Numbered from the stretch's first letter, positions 29,034 through 40,303 are shown. The stretch is DNA of 64,000 nucleotides from an uncultured bacterium (GCA_943788175.1 CALSPG010000006.1:160001-224000); one strand, 5' to 3'. Notes: generated by a model from the sequence alone, not told the origin. Made by a program: numbers and translations.

Positions 29034-30769
29034 ATTCTTTCAAACCTTCTATCTAACTCCTCTAACGATAATTGCATTATTATTGGCCTTCCATGGGGGC
29101 AATAATAAGGATGCTCTGTAGAAAATAAACGATTAACCAACATAACCATTTCATCTTTTGACATTTGATCTCCAGCTTTAACCGCCGCTTTACAAGCAAA
29201 AGACGCAGCCAATGCCTCTTTATAAGAGCTATACTTTTTTCTTGTACTTATGAACTCATCTATAATTTCCTTAATAATTTTTTTCTCATCACCCCAGCTG
29301 ATATCTGAAGGAGTGGCTTCAACAACTAGTTTTGAATTTTCTGTTTCAACTATTTTAAACCCGATTTTTTCAAGGTAAGGAAAAATTTCTAAAAGGATAT
29401 CATATTCATCTTTTGAAAATTCAATTTCTTCTGGGAATAATAAAGTTTGAGATGACATTATTTTTGATTCAAACGCTTGTAAACACTCTTCATAAAGTAC
29501 TCTTTCGTGCGCCACATGCTGATCAATAACAACTAATCCACTATTTAATTCAGAAATGATATATTTCTTATGCACCTGCCACATTTTTTCAATGTTAAAA
29601 TTGTCTATTCCGTCTTTTGAAGAGTCAATATTTGATGCGTAAAGTTTTGCCCTATCAGTTTTTTCAAGGTTTGAAACCAGTCCGTTACCTTGAATGGTAT
29701 TGTTGAAATCAATAGAAGACTGATTATTAGAATTTTGAAAAAATGAGCTTGAGTCAGAGCTTATTCTTTGAAAATTTGGAATTGTATTTAGTATCTCTGA
29801 TAACGATTGACTTACTCCAGACTTTAATACATGATATACTCTCCATTCATCATTGAATCTAACTTCTGTTTTCATTGGATGAACATTGACGTCTACCTGT
29901 TCATAGGGCATTTGAATATTAATAATAAAAAATGGGTACTCTCCTCGCTGTACTAGGGATTGATAAGAAGAATAAACTGCAGAATTTAAAAGTCTATCTT
30001 TAATGTATCTACCATTCAAATAAATATATTGTTCTCCAAAACGTTTTCGAACGAGATTAAGGTTCCCAATATATCCTGTAAAAGTAAAATCCGCTTTTGA
30101 AATTTCTATAGGAATAATATTTTTTTGATAGGTATTATCAAATAAAGAACCAATTCTTTCTGATAATGTTTCAATTAATAAATTAATCACTTTTTTCCCA
30201 TCTACGACCAAAGAGAAACCAACCTGAGGATTTGACAATCCAAAACGTTTGACCATCTCAATAATTTTTCTTCCTTCAGTTCGAGGGGTTTTTAAAAATT
30301 TCCTTCGTGCTGGGGTGTTGTAGAATAGATTCTGAATAGTAATTTGAGTTCCACTAATGCTTGGGGCCGGCTTTATACCACCCGCCTGCCCATCTATTAC
30401 ACTAATTTCTGCGCCACCAGAATTCCCATCATCGGAAATAATTGATAATTGAGCAACCGAAGCAATGCTCGCTAAAGCTTCGCCTCTAAATCCAAGCGTG
30501 TTAATATTAAATAAATCATCTAGTTTCGATAATTTACTCGTATGAAAACGTTTAATTGAATTAGGCAGCTGATCTTTTTTAATGCCGATACCATTGTCTC
30601 TGACCTGAATCAATTGATTTCCTCCCTGCTCAATTGTAATGTCAATTTGATTTGAATTAGCATCAAGACTATTTTCTAGCAATTCTTTTACTACAGAAGA
30701 CGGTCTTTCAACAACCTCACCAGCAGAAATTTTATTTTGTAAATCTTCAGAAAGGCGAGAAATATTCAT
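29030..30769 (-). CDS. mutL: DNA mismatch repair protein MutL (endonuclease type)
   Basis: AGEVVERP, KELLENSLDA, GFRGEAL, DVNVHP.K, DQHVAHER, ACK, CPHGRP. Confidence 0.96.
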   Translation of the reverse strand: MNISRLSEDLQNKISAGEVVERPSSVVKELLENSLDANSNQIDITIEQGGNQLIQVRDNGIGIKKDQLPNSIKRFHTSKLSKLDDLFNINTLGFRGEALASIASVAQLSIISDDGNSGGAEISVIDGQAGGIKPAPSISGTQITIQNLFYNTPARRKFLKTPRTEGRKIIEMVKRFGLSNPQVGFSLVVDGKKVINLLIETLSERIGSLFDNTYQKNIIPIEISKADFTFTGYIGNLNLVRKRFGEQYIYLNGRYIKDRLLNSAVYSSYQSLVQRGEYPFFIINIQMPYEQVDVNVHPMKTEVRFNDEWRVYHVLKSGVSQSLSEILNTIPNFQRISSDSSSFFQNSNNQSSIDFNNTIQGNGLVSNLEKTDRAKLYASNIDSSKDGIDNFNIEKMWQVHKKYIISELNSGLVVIDQHVAHERVLYEECLQAFESKIMSSQTLLFPEEIEFSKDEYDILLEIFPYLEKIGFKIVETENSKLVVEATPSDISWGDEKKIIKEIIDEFISTRKKYSSYKEALAASFACKAAVKAGDQMSKDEMVMLVNRLFSTEHPYYCPHGRPIIMQLSLEELDRRFERI

Positions 30770-30770
30770 T

Positions 30771-32483
30771 TTAAATATTATGGCTAATTATTTTTTTTGT
30801 TAATGAAAAAGCTCTCCGGTGTAAATAAACAGATTCTTTCAAAATATTGTCAACTTTTTCAACGATTTTAGAATCGTAGTCTTCAATTTTTTCAAAACTT
30901 GATAGATTGATTAATACATTCATACAACCTCCACGAGCACCAGCTAGACCTACCTCTGCTGCAACATGACCATCAGTTACAGAATTTGGGTTTCCATTTT
31001 TAATTATATCTATTGACATCCTAATAATTTCCAGTGAAACCTGGGCAGTTTCAAGCGGAGTATCCGTAGCAAGTTTATTAGCTAAAAATAGTTTTTTGGC
31101 TTTATTTTTTTTATCTAATGATGTTTTACTTGGAAGTTTATTAGCTGACATGAGATCATAAAATGCTGCAGTATCTTCATCGACAAGTTCCATTAATCTT
31201 TTTTGATATTTTTGCGCTTGCTCACCAAAATCACTCATTTTTTTCTTCTTATTTATGAACTCTTTTTTTTCATGAGTAAGTGCGGCGACCATTGATAATA
31301 GAGCAGCACCTAAGGCCCCAGCAAAAGCAGATACGCTTCCTCCACCTGGGGCAGGACTACTTTCTGATATAGAAGAAATTAAATTTCGCCCAGTTAAGTC
31401 CATTAGCTTTGTAGCTTTGTCAGCAATAGCATACTCAATAATTTTTTCACTTACCTTGAAAGTTGATACATCATTAAGACCTAAACTTTGAATAGCACAT
31501 TCTAAAACATCATTTTCCGATACCCCTAGAGTCCTACCCTGTTTATTAAGATAATATTTTCCGGATGATAAAATTGCCTTTTTAGGTATGAGCCCCACTA
31601 ATTCGCTCCCAGTCACTCGAATACCTCTCATATTAGCCAATTCACAAACAGCATCAAAAACATGGTGTAATGAAGATATTTTAAAATTTGTAAAATTTAT
31701 AGATATTTGAGCCCTATTATATTCTTCTACATACCACCCTATTGCTTTAATATTTTTAAATATTCCAGGTACTTTTACTGGAGAGCCATCTTTATTTCTT
31801 ACAATTTCTCCATCGAGCAGATTATGTGATTCAGGATTTTTTTTACGTTTACTTCTACCTAGCTCTCTTATATCAAATGCTATGTCTGTAGCTAAACGTT
31901 TATCTTTTGTATTTAAATTAATATTATATGCAATTAAGAATTCTCTACATCCAATTACAGTTGCGCCTGCAAATTTATTCAGAGGTTCAACACCATAGTC
32001 AGGTTTCCAATTTGCCTTTTTTAATTTACTAGAAAGCCCCTCGAATTCTCCTTCTCTTATTATTGCAAGATTTTCACGATCTGGTTTTTGAGCAGATTTT
32101 TCATATAGATAAACTGGAATATTTAGATCTTGCCCGACTCTTTTTGCTAATTGATGAGAATATTTAATGCATTCTTCAATAGTGACGTCTTGGATGGGAA
32201 TAATAGGGCATACATCAGTAGCACCTAATCGAGGGTGGGTTCCTTTGTGAATTGTCATATCAATTAGCTCAGAAGCTCTCTTTATTCCTAAAAATGCAGC
32301 TTCTAAGACATCAAAGGGCTCACCAACAAATGTAACGACTGTTCGATTTGTATCTTTTCCTGAGTCCACATCCAAAACGGTAACACCCTCAATAAGTTTA
32401 ATAGCATCGACAATACTATTAATTTTATTGCTGTCTATTCCTTCACTAAAATTAGGAACACATTCTATAAGTTTTTTCAACAA
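30771..32483 (-). CDS. ftcD: Fused glutamate formiminotransferase / formiminotetrahydrofolate cyclodeaminase
   Basis: ECVPNFSEG, HPRLGATDVCP, LIAYNINL, PAPGGGS, GNPNSVTD. Confidence 0.92.
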   Translation of the reverse strand: MLKKLIECVPNFSEGIDSNKINSIVDAIKLIEGVTVLDVDSGKDTNRTVVTFVGEPFDVLEAAFLGIKRASELIDMTIHKGTHPRLGATDVCPIIPIQDVTIEECIKYSHQLAKRVGQDLNIPVYLYEKSAQKPDRENLAIIREGEFEGLSSKLKKANWKPDYGVEPLNKFAGATVIGCREFLIAYNINLNTKDKRLATDIAFDIRELGRSKRKKNPESHNLLDGEIVRNKDGSPVKVPGIFKNIKAIGWYVEEYNRAQISINFTNFKISSLHHVFDAVCELANMRGIRVTGSELVGLIPKKAILSSGKYYLNKQGRTLGVSENDVLECAIQSLGLNDVSTFKVSEKIIEYAIADKATKLMDLTGRNLISSISESSPAPGGGSVSAFAGALGAALLSMVAALTHEKKEFINKKKKMSDFGEQAQKYQKRLMELVDEDTAAFYDLMSANKLPSKTSLDKKNKAKKLFLANKLATDTPLETAQVSLEIIRMSIDIIKNGNPNSVTDGHVAAEVGLAGARGGCMNVLINLSSFEKIEDYDSKIVEKVDNILKESVYLHRRAFSLTKKIISHNI

Positions 32484-32628
32484 CCTTATCCTTTTAACAC
32501 CATAATTTTTAGATAAAACATCATATATAATACACCTACAAGCAATAAAATTAACCGCATGAGTGATTTTTTACCACTTTTGCTTTTATGATAAATACGT
32601 CTCAAAAAATCAAATACTTAATTAGAGT

Positions 32629-33258
32629 TTAAAAAAATATATATAGAAATAAATTAAATATGGGATTTATTATAAAAGAGAATAAATGAATACCAGTTGC
32701 CATACTAAAGATTACAATAAAAAATAATATTTTTGGACCATACATTTCCATTTTGTAGACCATCTCAATTCCAAATTTTCTCTCAATAAATGGCGAAAGA
32801 ATTTGAGAACCATCTAGAGGCGAGACTGGTAAAAGATTAAAAATAGCTAAGGTTATATTAATCTGCATAAAAATCACAATGAATGATTTAATAGAACCTG
32901 TTAATAAGTTATTTCCAAATAAAAAGCGTAAGCATAGCGCCGCTATTACTGCTAAAAATAAATTTGAAATTGGTCCGGCAGCAGCTATTTTCATCATATC
33001 TTCTTTAGGATTTTTTAAAAACCTAACATCAACGGGTACAGGTTTCGCCCAACCAAAACCCATTAATAATAATGCGATTGAGCCTACAGGATCTAGGTGA
33101 GCCATCGGATTCAATGTTAGTCTACCTAATTTTGCAGCTGTATTATCCCCTAGCCTAAATGCCATCCAAGCATGCGCAAATTCATGGAAGGATAGAGAAA
33201 ATATTAAAGAAGGTATTAAAAGAACAATAACTTCAATATCCAGATTCCCAAAGATCAT
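32629..33258 (-). CDS. Site-2 protease (M50 family)
   Basis: HEFAH, GRLTLNP..HLD, FGWAKPVP, AGPISN, FNLLPVSPLDG. Confidence 0.92.
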   Translation of the reverse strand: MIFGNLDIEVIVLLIPSLIFSLSFHEFAHAWMAFRLGDNTAAKLGRLTLNPMAHLDPVGSIALLLMGFGWAKPVPVDVRFLKNPKEDMMKIAAAGPISNLFLAVIAALCLRFLFGNNLLTGSIKSFIVIFMQINITLAIFNLLPVSPLDGSQILSPFIERKFGIEMVYKMEMYGPKILFFIVIFSMATGIHLFSFIINPIFNLFLYIFF

Positions 33259-34314
33259 TACGCATATTCCTTTTTATTTTTTTTTGAGCGAGGATGATAA
33301 TGATTGTATTCATTTCTTAATGTGGTTTTATCTAGATGGGTATATATTTGTGTTGTGGTTATATCAGCATGCCCTAACATATGCTGAACGAATCTTATAT
33401 CTGCGCCCCCCTCAATTAAATGAGTAGCAAAAGAATGTCTAAATGTATGAGGTGATATCTTCTTTATTAAATCAGATTGAATTGCCCACTTATTAACAAT
33501 TTTATTGACCATTGCTCTTGTTAAAGGTCTACCATTTCTACTAGTAAATAATTGTTCTGAACTATTATCATTTAAAAGCTGCTCTCTATAATGATTTTTA
33601 AATTCATACCATATATTTCTTGATTGTGCTCCAATAGGAACGACTCTCTCTTTTGAGCCTTTTCCTAAAATTTTAACTAGCCCTGGTCTTTTTTTTTAGT
33701 TCCGCATTGTACGCTAATTTAATAGAATGGTTTTCATCATAACTTTTTGCCAGCCCTGCTTCAATGACATTAGTTTTTCCATTTTTGTCATTATACTCTA
33801 TTTCATCCATATCGTCAATTGTCGGTTCTAAGAATGGTTGAATCACGCTCAGATCACATAACTCAGATACACGAAGACCGCAGGAATAAAGCATTTCAAT
33901 TATTGTATAGTCTCTAAAATTTAAAGGGTTATGTCTTGGAATAACATCCATGATAATTTTTATATCTTCAATGGTTAAAACAGATGGTAATTTTTTCTTT
34001 AGTTTTGGAGTATCGATTGACAAGGAAGGATTATCATTTAATATTTTTTCTTTCGATAGAAATTGATGGTAGGAACGAACAGAAGCCATCATCCTTGCAA
34101 TGCTGGCAGGAGCAAGAAAAACACTGCTCAAATTTTTAACATAATTTCTTATATGGTTTTGCTTAATTTTTTTTAAGGTATCTAAATTCTCAACATTATT
34201 CAAATAATTTAAGTACCGCAGAATATCAGCACTATAAGCTTCTATTGTTTTTTTTGAGCCATTTAATTCTACCCGAAGCATCGTTAAATAATCTTTCAGG
34301 TAGGATTGCTTCAA
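33258..34314 (-). CDS. xerD: Tyrosine recombinase XerD-like; 1-nt frameshift in an A9 tract (33689-33697); carries an internal insertion
   Basis: SAM-like N-terminal domain, LYSCGLRVSEL, GKGSKERVVP (second frame), SPHTFRHSFATH, LGHADITTTQIY. Confidence 0.85.
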
Positions 34315-34889
34315 TTTTCTATAACTGAATTTTCAACTTGATCGCAAAGTATTTGGCCTATCATTATATGAGCCTCCTGAATTCTTTGAGTATCCTCAGA
34401 CGGTACTTTAATTGTTATGTCTGCGAGGCCATCGATTTTTCCACCAGACTTACCAGTAAGGACAATTGTTTTTAATTTTTTAAAATTTGCCTGTTTTATC
34501 GCGCTTATCACATTTTTTGAATTACCACTAGTAGATATGCCAATCAATACATCACCTTCATTTCCTAGACCCTGAATTTGTCTTGAAAATATCGATTCAA
34601 AATCTAAATCATTTGACCAAGCTGTAATAAAAGAAGAATCAGTTGTTAACGCAATCGAGGGTATTGGCATTCTGTCATGGTCAGACATTCCACCCATAAG
34701 CTCGGTTGCTAAATGTTGAGCATCAGCAGCACTACCACCATTGCCGCACCATAAAATTTTGCATGATGAATTTATTGATTCAATTAAAACTTCTGCTGCA
34801 TCTTCTATATAGTTTAAACCATTTTCAATAATCGCTTCTTTGGTTTTAATGCTTTCCAGGATTTGTTTTTTTATAGAGTTTTTGTTCAT
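34311..34889 (-). CDS. gmhA: D-sedoheptulose-7-phosphate isomerase
   Basis: CGNGGSAADAQH, FSRQI, ISTSGNS, TQRIQEAH; start moved to ATG 34889. Confidence 0.93.
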   Translation of the reverse strand: MNKNSIKKQILESIKTKEAIIENGLNYIEDAAEVLIESINSSCKILWCGNGGSAADAQHLATELMGGMSDHDRMPIPSIALTTDSSFITAWSNDLDFESIFSRQIQGLGNEGDVLIGISTSGNSKNVISAIKQANFKKLKTIVLTGKSGGKIDGLADITIKVPSEDTQRIQEAHIMIGQILCDQVENSVIEN

Positions 34890-34926
34890 AATAATAACTG
34901 CTTTCTTAATTATTTTGCGATATTCA

Positions 34927-35661
34927 TTAATTGTGTATTGCAGATGCAAAATCATTCATTAATTCAATAGAATTTTCAATTGCAGACCCCACAACAATAA
35001 ATGAAGCACCAGATTGAGCAAGTTCATTAGCATCTTTTGGGGTCTTTATCCCTCCACCAACAATTAAATCTAACTGACTTTCTTTCGCAACGATTTCTAC
35101 TACCTCATTAGGTACTCTTTTTTTTGCTCCACTTCCGGCCTCTAAATATAAAAATTTCATTCCCAAAAATTGAGCTGCTAATACATGACTTATTATTAAA
35201 TCTATTCTGCTTGTAGGAAGGGGCTTTGTACCACTGATAAATTCAACTGTTGTTGAAGAGCCTCCATCGATAAGAATATAACCAGTTGAGATTGTTTCAA
35301 TTCCAAGATCTTTTACAATTGGAGCTGCTAGCACTTGTTCGCCTATGAGATAATGAGGATTCCGACCTGATATTAGCGACATAAAAAGCATTGCATCAAA
35401 ATGTCTATTAATTTGATTTATTCCACCAGGAAAAAGGACTAATGGAATATTAGATATCGATTTAATTCTTGCAATTCTTTCATGATATAAGCTATCCATC
35501 ATTAAACTTCCACCAATAAAAATAGCATCTACATCATTTAGATTCGCATGTTCAACAAGTTTTTCAATTTTATCATTATTTTTTTTATCGGGGTCAATAA
35601 GTAAAATGAAACTGGTTCCATTAACTTTAACAGAATTTTGAAGTCTAGATAAAACCTTCAT
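34927..35661 (-). CDS. Geranylgeranylglyceryl phosphate synthase family (group II-like, PcrB/GGGPS)
   Basis: LIDPDK, IGGS, LFPG, SLISGRNP..LIG, TGYILIDGG, YLEAGSGA, VGGGI, VVG. Confidence 0.9.
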   Translation of the reverse strand: MKVLSRLQNSVKVNGTSFILLIDPDKKNNDKIEKLVEHANLNDVDAIFIGGSLMMDSLYHERIARIKSISNIPLVLFPGGINQINRHFDAMLFMSLISGRNPHYLIGEQVLAAPIVKDLGIETISTGYILIDGGSSTTVEFISGTKPLPTSRIDLIISHVLAAQFLGMKFLYLEAGSGAKKRVPNEVVEIVAKESQLDLIVGGGIKTPKDANELAQSGASFIVVGSAIENSIELMNDFASAIHN

Positions 35662-36042
35662 TTATACTATTATTAAGCCATAATCTTTATGGTTAAGTAG
35701 ATTATCACTATTTAGAGTTTCGCCATCAAATTCTACTTTTACAATCCACCCAGAACCATAACAGTCTTGATTAATATTATTAGGGTTATCTTCTAAGTCC
35801 TCATTAATTTCAATAACAGTTCCATTTATTGGAGCATATAATTCGGATACAGTTTTAACTGCTTCTATTTCACCAAATGGCTCACCAGAAACAATTTTTT
35901 GCCCCACCTCTGGTAATTCTAAAAATATAATATCACCCAATTGGCTTTGAGCAAAATCTGTAATACCTATAGTCACTTTCCCATCTTCTTTCTTCACCCA
36001 CTCATGTTCTTTTGTATATAGTAATTTTTCTGGTATATTCAA
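35662..36042 (-). CDS. gcvH: Glycine cleavage system H protein
   Basis: HEWV, GITDFAQ..LGD, EAVKT (lipoyl-Lys), YG.GW. Confidence 0.95.
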   Translation of the reverse strand: MNIPEKLLYTKEHEWVKKEDGKVTIGITDFAQSQLGDIIFLELPEVGQKIVSGEPFGEIEAVKTVSELYAPINGTVIEINEDLEDNPNNINQDCYGSGWIVKVEFDGETLNSDNLLNHKDYGLIIV

Positions 36043-36046
36043 TTAA

Positions 36047-37408
36047 TTATCCTTTATTTTTCTTTGATTCAAAAGAGAAACTTTCTAGAAAACTTGTGTC
36101 AAATTTTCCAGAATTAAAATTTTTGTCTTCCATTATTTTTTGATGATATGGGATTGTAGTTTTTACACCTTCAATAATTGTTTCTTCAAGAGCTCTTTGC
36201 ATTCTATTTATAGCTCGTTTTCTATTTTTAGCATGAACTATTAATTTACCAATCATAGAATCATAATGAGTTGGGATTTCATATCCACTGTAAGCATGAG
36301 AATCTACTCTAACACCTTTTCCACCAGGCATGTGAAAATTATTAATTTTACCAGGAGATGGCCTGAAGTTTTTTTCAGGATCTTCTGCATTTATTCTACA
36401 TTCAATAGAATGACCACGAAGCTTATAATCTGGATTATAAGCGGGGCAATCTTTACCACTATGAACGCGAATTTGTTGTTTAATAAGATCCACACCGGTT
36501 ACCATCTCAGTTACTGGGTGCTCAACCTGTATTCGAGTATTCATTTCCATAAAATAAAAATTCTGATTCTTATCTAACAAAAATTCAATAGTGCCAACAC
36601 CCACATAATTAATGGCTTTGGCTCCAGCAATTGCAGCTTTACCCATTTCAAGTCTTAATTTATCATCCACAGCTGGAGAGGGTGACTCTTCAATTAGTTT
36701 TTGATGTCTTCTTTGAATTGAGCAATCTCTCTCTCCAAATTGAATTACATGCCCTGCTTCATCTGCTAATATTTGAATTTCAATGTGTCTTGGTTCTTCA
36801 ATAAACTTTTCAATATATAAGTTACCATTCCCGAAACCATTTAAAGCTTCTTGGTAAGCGACTTCATAAAGATCGCTTAGCTCTTCTTTTTTTGTTACAA
36901 AACGCATCCCGCGGCCGCCACCGCCTGCTGTCGCTTTCAGCATAATAGGATACCCCATTCTTTCAGCTATTTTTTTTGCTTCTTCAGGCCCAGACAAAAT
37001 ACCCTCACCTCCCGGAATGACTGGAACACCAGCTGACTTCATTGTCTTTTTTGCAGTCGCTTTGTCTCCCATTGATTTTATCATCTCTGGCCCTGGTCCA
37101 ATAAAGCTAAAGCCATTTTCTGAACAAATCTGTGAAAATTCTGCTGATTCTGATAGGAAACCATATCCAGGATGAATAGCATCAGAATTTGTAATTTCCC
37201 CAGCCGCTATTATTCTTGGTATATTTAAATAGCTTTCAGAACTGGCAGGTGGGCCAATGCAAACAGCCTCATCTGCAAATTTAACGTGCAATGAAAACTC
37301 ATCAGCAGTGGAATAAATTGCAACAGTTTTAATACCCAGCTCGTGACATGCCCTCATAATTCGCAGAGCGATCTCACCACGATTAGCAATAAGAATTTTT
37401 TTAAACAT
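36047..37408 (-). CDS. accC: Acetyl-CoA carboxylase, biotin carboxylase subunit
   Basis: [40 protein letters not shown]. Confidence 0.96.
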   Translation of the reverse strand: MFKKILIANRGEIALRIMRACHELGIKTVAIYSTADEFSLHVKFADEAVCIGPPASSESYLNIPRIIAAGEITNSDAIHPGYGFLSESAEFSQICSENGFSFIGPGPEMIKSMGDKATAKKTMKSAGVPVIPGGEGILSGPEEAKKIAERMGYPIMLKATAGGGGRGMRFVTKKEELSDLYEVAYQEALNGFGNGNLYIEKFIEEPRHIEIQILADEAGHVIQFGERDCSIQRRHQKLIEESPSPAVDDKLRLEMGKAAIAGAKAINYVGVGTIEFLLDKNQNFYFMEMNTRIQVEHPVTEMVTGVDLIKQQIRVHSGKDCPAYNPDYKLRGHSIECRINAEDPEKNFRPSPGKINNFHMPGGKGVRVDSHAYSGYEIPTHYDSMIGKLIVHAKNRKRAINRMQRALEETIIEGVKTTIPYHQKIMEDKNFNSGKFDTSFLESFSFESKKNKG

Positions 37409-37420
37409 GCTAAATTGAAT

Positions 37421-37870
37421 TTACTCTACAATGAATAATGGCTGATTAAACTCGACAGGATCAGAATTACTAACGAGAACTTTTTTAACTGTACCCTCTA
37501 ATTCTGATTCAATCTCATTCATAATTTTCATTGATTCAATAATACATAGCACTTGACCTACTTTAATCTTATCTCCTTCAGATACGAAAGGTGGCTTTTC
37601 AGGTGTTTGAGAACTGTAAAAAACACCTGGCATTGGAGAAAGTATTTTTTCGCCAGAATCAATTTTTTCAGGATTGCTTTCGAGGCCTCTATCATTTGAA
37701 GTTTTATCATTTTGAATTATAGTTTCTGCCGCTGCTGCAGCAGAATTTGACAATATGCTAGAAGCATTTTTTACGACGCGAATTTTTCTCCCCCAAAATG
37801 TAATCTCAATTTCATTCACATTTGAATTTTCTAATATATTTATTACCTCTTTAACTTTATCTTGCCACAT
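37421..37870 (-). CDS. accB: Biotin carboxyl carrier protein
   Basis: SPMPGVFY, ESMKIMNEI. Confidence 0.93.
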   Translation of the reverse strand: MWQDKVKEVINILENSNVNEIEITFWGRKIRVVKNASSILSNSAAAAAETIIQNDKTSNDRGLESNPEKIDSGEKILSPMPGVFYSSQTPEKPPFVSEGDKIKVGQVLCIIESMKIMNEIESELEGTVKKVLVSNSDPVEFNQPLFIVE

Positions 37871-37885
37871 TTTTTTTCCTAACCT

Positions 37886-38452
37886 TTAATTATCTTTTGC
37901 TCTTTCAACATAATCACCACTCCTGGTATCAATTTTTATTCGGTCATCTTCATTAATAAATAATGGAACTTTAAGTTCATAACCAGTTTCAACTGTAGCT
38001 GGCTTATTAGCCCCGGTAGCAGTGTTCCCTTTAAACCCAGGTTCAGTTTTTATTACAGCTAGAATCACATGCGCTGGAATTCTAACATCAAGAATTTCAT
38101 CGTCGTCAAAAAGAATATCTACGTTCATGCCTGCAATTAAGTAGTTTTTATTATCTGATATTATATCGGTATTTACCATCAGTTGCTCATAGGATTCATT
38201 ATCCATAAAAACAAAATTTTCTCCATCAAGATAAAGAAATTGCATTTCTTTTGCTTCTACTCTAATAAACTCAATTTTCGACCCTGAATTAAATGTGTGA
38301 TCAATAATTTTCCCACTTTGAATGTCTTTTAACTTTGTTCTTACAAATGCGCCACCTTTTCCAGGTTTAACATGCTGAAACTCAATTACCTTCATTCTTT
38401 TAGATTTAAAAATAATTACTGCATTATTGCGAATATCTGCTGTTGTTGCCAC
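37886..38452 (-). CDS. efp: Elongation factor P
   Basis: HVKPGKGGAFVR, EPGFKGNTA, VPLFI, DTRSG.Y..R. Confidence 0.96.
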   Translation of the reverse strand: MATTADIRNNAVIIFKSKRMKVIEFQHVKPGKGGAFVRTKLKDIQSGKIIDHTFNSGSKIEFIRVEAKEMQFLYLDGENFVFMDNESYEQLMVNTDIISDNKNYLIAGMNVDILFDDDEILDVRIPAHVILAVIKTEPGFKGNTATGANKPATVETGYELKVPLFINEDDRIKIDTRSGDYVERAKDN

Positions 38453-38543
38453 AAAAACCTCTTAAATGTTTAATGATATTACTGTTAAATATAAGTTTTC
38501 TTAACTACTCTTCAAATGCAGGCTTAATAATAATGTATATGAT

Positions 38544-39434
38544 CTATTTATTAAGAAAAAACTTTTCAATCATATCCATTGCTTTGCTTTTGTCACTTTC
38601 AATGTCAATATGAGACACCTCAAATTTTGCATATTTTATTAAATCAGCTTTTTCTAAAAATTGAACCAACTCATTAAAGTTATCTTCACTGAAAGAAAAA
38701 ATATTTTTATTTTGTTTGATTTCTTCTGTCGTCATTTCAAGAGCATTTATGTACTGCACCTTTTCAACGAACTCACGAATAATATGGGATAACTCAACGT
38801 ATATCTCTTTTGTAAATCCAGTTGTTTTTATAGAAAAAATTCTGTCTTTGGCAATTTCAAAAGGATTTCTTTGAATACTACTTGAATTTTTACGATGTTT
38901 TTTGACTAGTCTCCTGCGCCAAACAATAAAGGCCATATATACTAAAATTAGTATAATTATAACTTTGACAATTATCGCATAGGGAATAACTCTAGAAACT
39001 TTAATTGGCGATTTTATTGGCCTGACTTTCACAGAATCGTTCGATGCTATTAAAGATTTAATATGAATTAATAATTTTTCCGCTTCAATTTGATAACCTT
39101 TATTATTATGTTTTTTTAAAACTTTTACATAATAAGAAGGGGTATAAAACTTTCCAGTTTCCCAAAACGCGATTCTAAAACTTCTCCCGATGATAATATT
39201 GTCTTCTATAATACTTCGTTGCGAGATAATAGAAAGAGTATCATTTTCAACTATTAATTCAGGGAATTCTAATTGAGTATCTTTATTTAAGTCGTGTATT
39301 TTGATATCCCACTGAATTTGATCTCCAATACTAGCAATAGTGGTATCAATTTTTGAGACTACTTTTAGTGACTGCGCACTTGAGAACGAAAGAGTGAGAA
39401 GGAGAGGAAAGATTAATTTAAATTTCTGTTTTAT
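38544..39434 (-). CDS. Membrane protein of the MoxR/DUF58 (Bat-type) cluster
   Basis: Frame is open 134 codons upstream of the track start to an ATA overlapping the DUF58 stop; signal peptide, IDTT..SIGD, one TM, ALEMTTEE, ADLIKYAK. Confidence 0.7.
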   Translation of the reverse strand: MKQKFKLIFPLLLTLSFSSAQSLKVVSKIDTTIASIGDQIQWDIKIHDLNKDTQLEFPELIVENDTLSIISQRSIIEDNIIIGRSFRIAFWETGKFYTPSYYVKVLKKHNNKGYQIEAEKLLIHIKSLIASNDSVKVRPIKSPIKVSRVIPYAIIVKVIIILILVYMAFIVWRRRLVKKHRKNSSSIQRNPFEIAKDRIFSIKTTGFTKEIYVELSHIIREFVEKVQYINALEMTTEEIKQNKNIFSFSEDNFNELVQFLEKADLIKYAKFEVSHIDIESDKSKAMDMIEKFFLNK

Positions 39435-40303
39435 TTTTTACCTCTTTTTTTAAAAAATCTCATTAGCGGTTCAACATAATCTTCAGATGTAGAAATAGGA
39501 ATAATGTCTAGTCCCATCTTTTGCGTGGATTTATAAAACTTATTAGTTTTTTTAGTGTTTAAATCATTCATTTGTTTTAAATAATGATCATTAGATGTAT
39601 CAATCCAAAATTTTACACCAGTCTCAGCATCTTCAGCTTTAAGCATACCAATGTTAGGAAAATTTTGTTCATAAGGATCAAAAATATTTATGCCAACTAA
39701 ATCATGTTTACGAGCTGTTATTTTTAAAGAATCTAAAAATCCTTCATCTAGAAAATCAGATAATAAGAATACCACAGCCTTTCTTTTTATGACTTTCATT
39801 AAAAATTCAAGAGCATTTTTAATCGAAGTTCCTTTAAAGTCTGGCTTCGTGTATAAAAGTTCTCTTACTACTCTCAAGACGTGTGATTTACCTTTTTTTG
39901 GAGGGATATATTTGACTATATCATTTGAAAATAATATTAGACCGACCTTGTCATTGTTTTTAATAGCAGAAAACCCCAGAACACTAGCAATTTCAGCACT
40001 AACACCTATTTTCTGATAATTCTTTGACCCGAAAGAACCAGAAGAAGATATATCGACTAACAAAATAACCGTTAACTCCCTCTCTTCTTCAAAAACTTTG
40101 ATAAATGGACTACCAGACCTAGCAGTAACATTCCAATCTATAAGTCTTACATCGTCACCAGGCTGGTATTCCCTTACTTCAGAAAATGTCATGCCTCGGC
40201 CTTTAAAAGAAGAGTGATATTCTCCGCCAAAAAAGCTATCTACTAAACCACGCGTTCGAATCTCAATCCGTTTTACTTTTCTAAGTATTTCACGCGGCAA
40301 CAT
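39431..40303 (-). CDS. DUF58 domain protein
   Basis: FKGRGMTFSEVREYQPGDDVRLIDWNVTAR, EEREL. Confidence 0.92.
   Translation of the reverse strand: MLPREILRKVKRIEIRTRGLVDSFFGGEYHSSFKGRGMTFSEVREYQPGDDVRLIDWNVTARSGSPFIKVFEEERELTVILLVDISSSGSFGSKNYQKIGVSAEIASVLGFSAIKNNDKVGLILFSNDIVKYIPPKKGKSHVLRVVRELLYTKPDFKGTSIKNALEFLMKVIKRKAVVFLLSDFLDEGFLDSLKITARKHDLVGINIFDPYEQNFPNIGMLKAEDAETGVKFWIDTSNDHYLKQMNDLNTKKTNKFYKSTQKMGLDIIPISTSEDYVEPLMRFFKKRGKK

Noticed and set aside
33258-34314. Tyrosine recombinase as a prophage or island integrase
   Set aside because: XerD-like sequence, overlapped with housekeeping neighbours; no att repeats or phage genes seen
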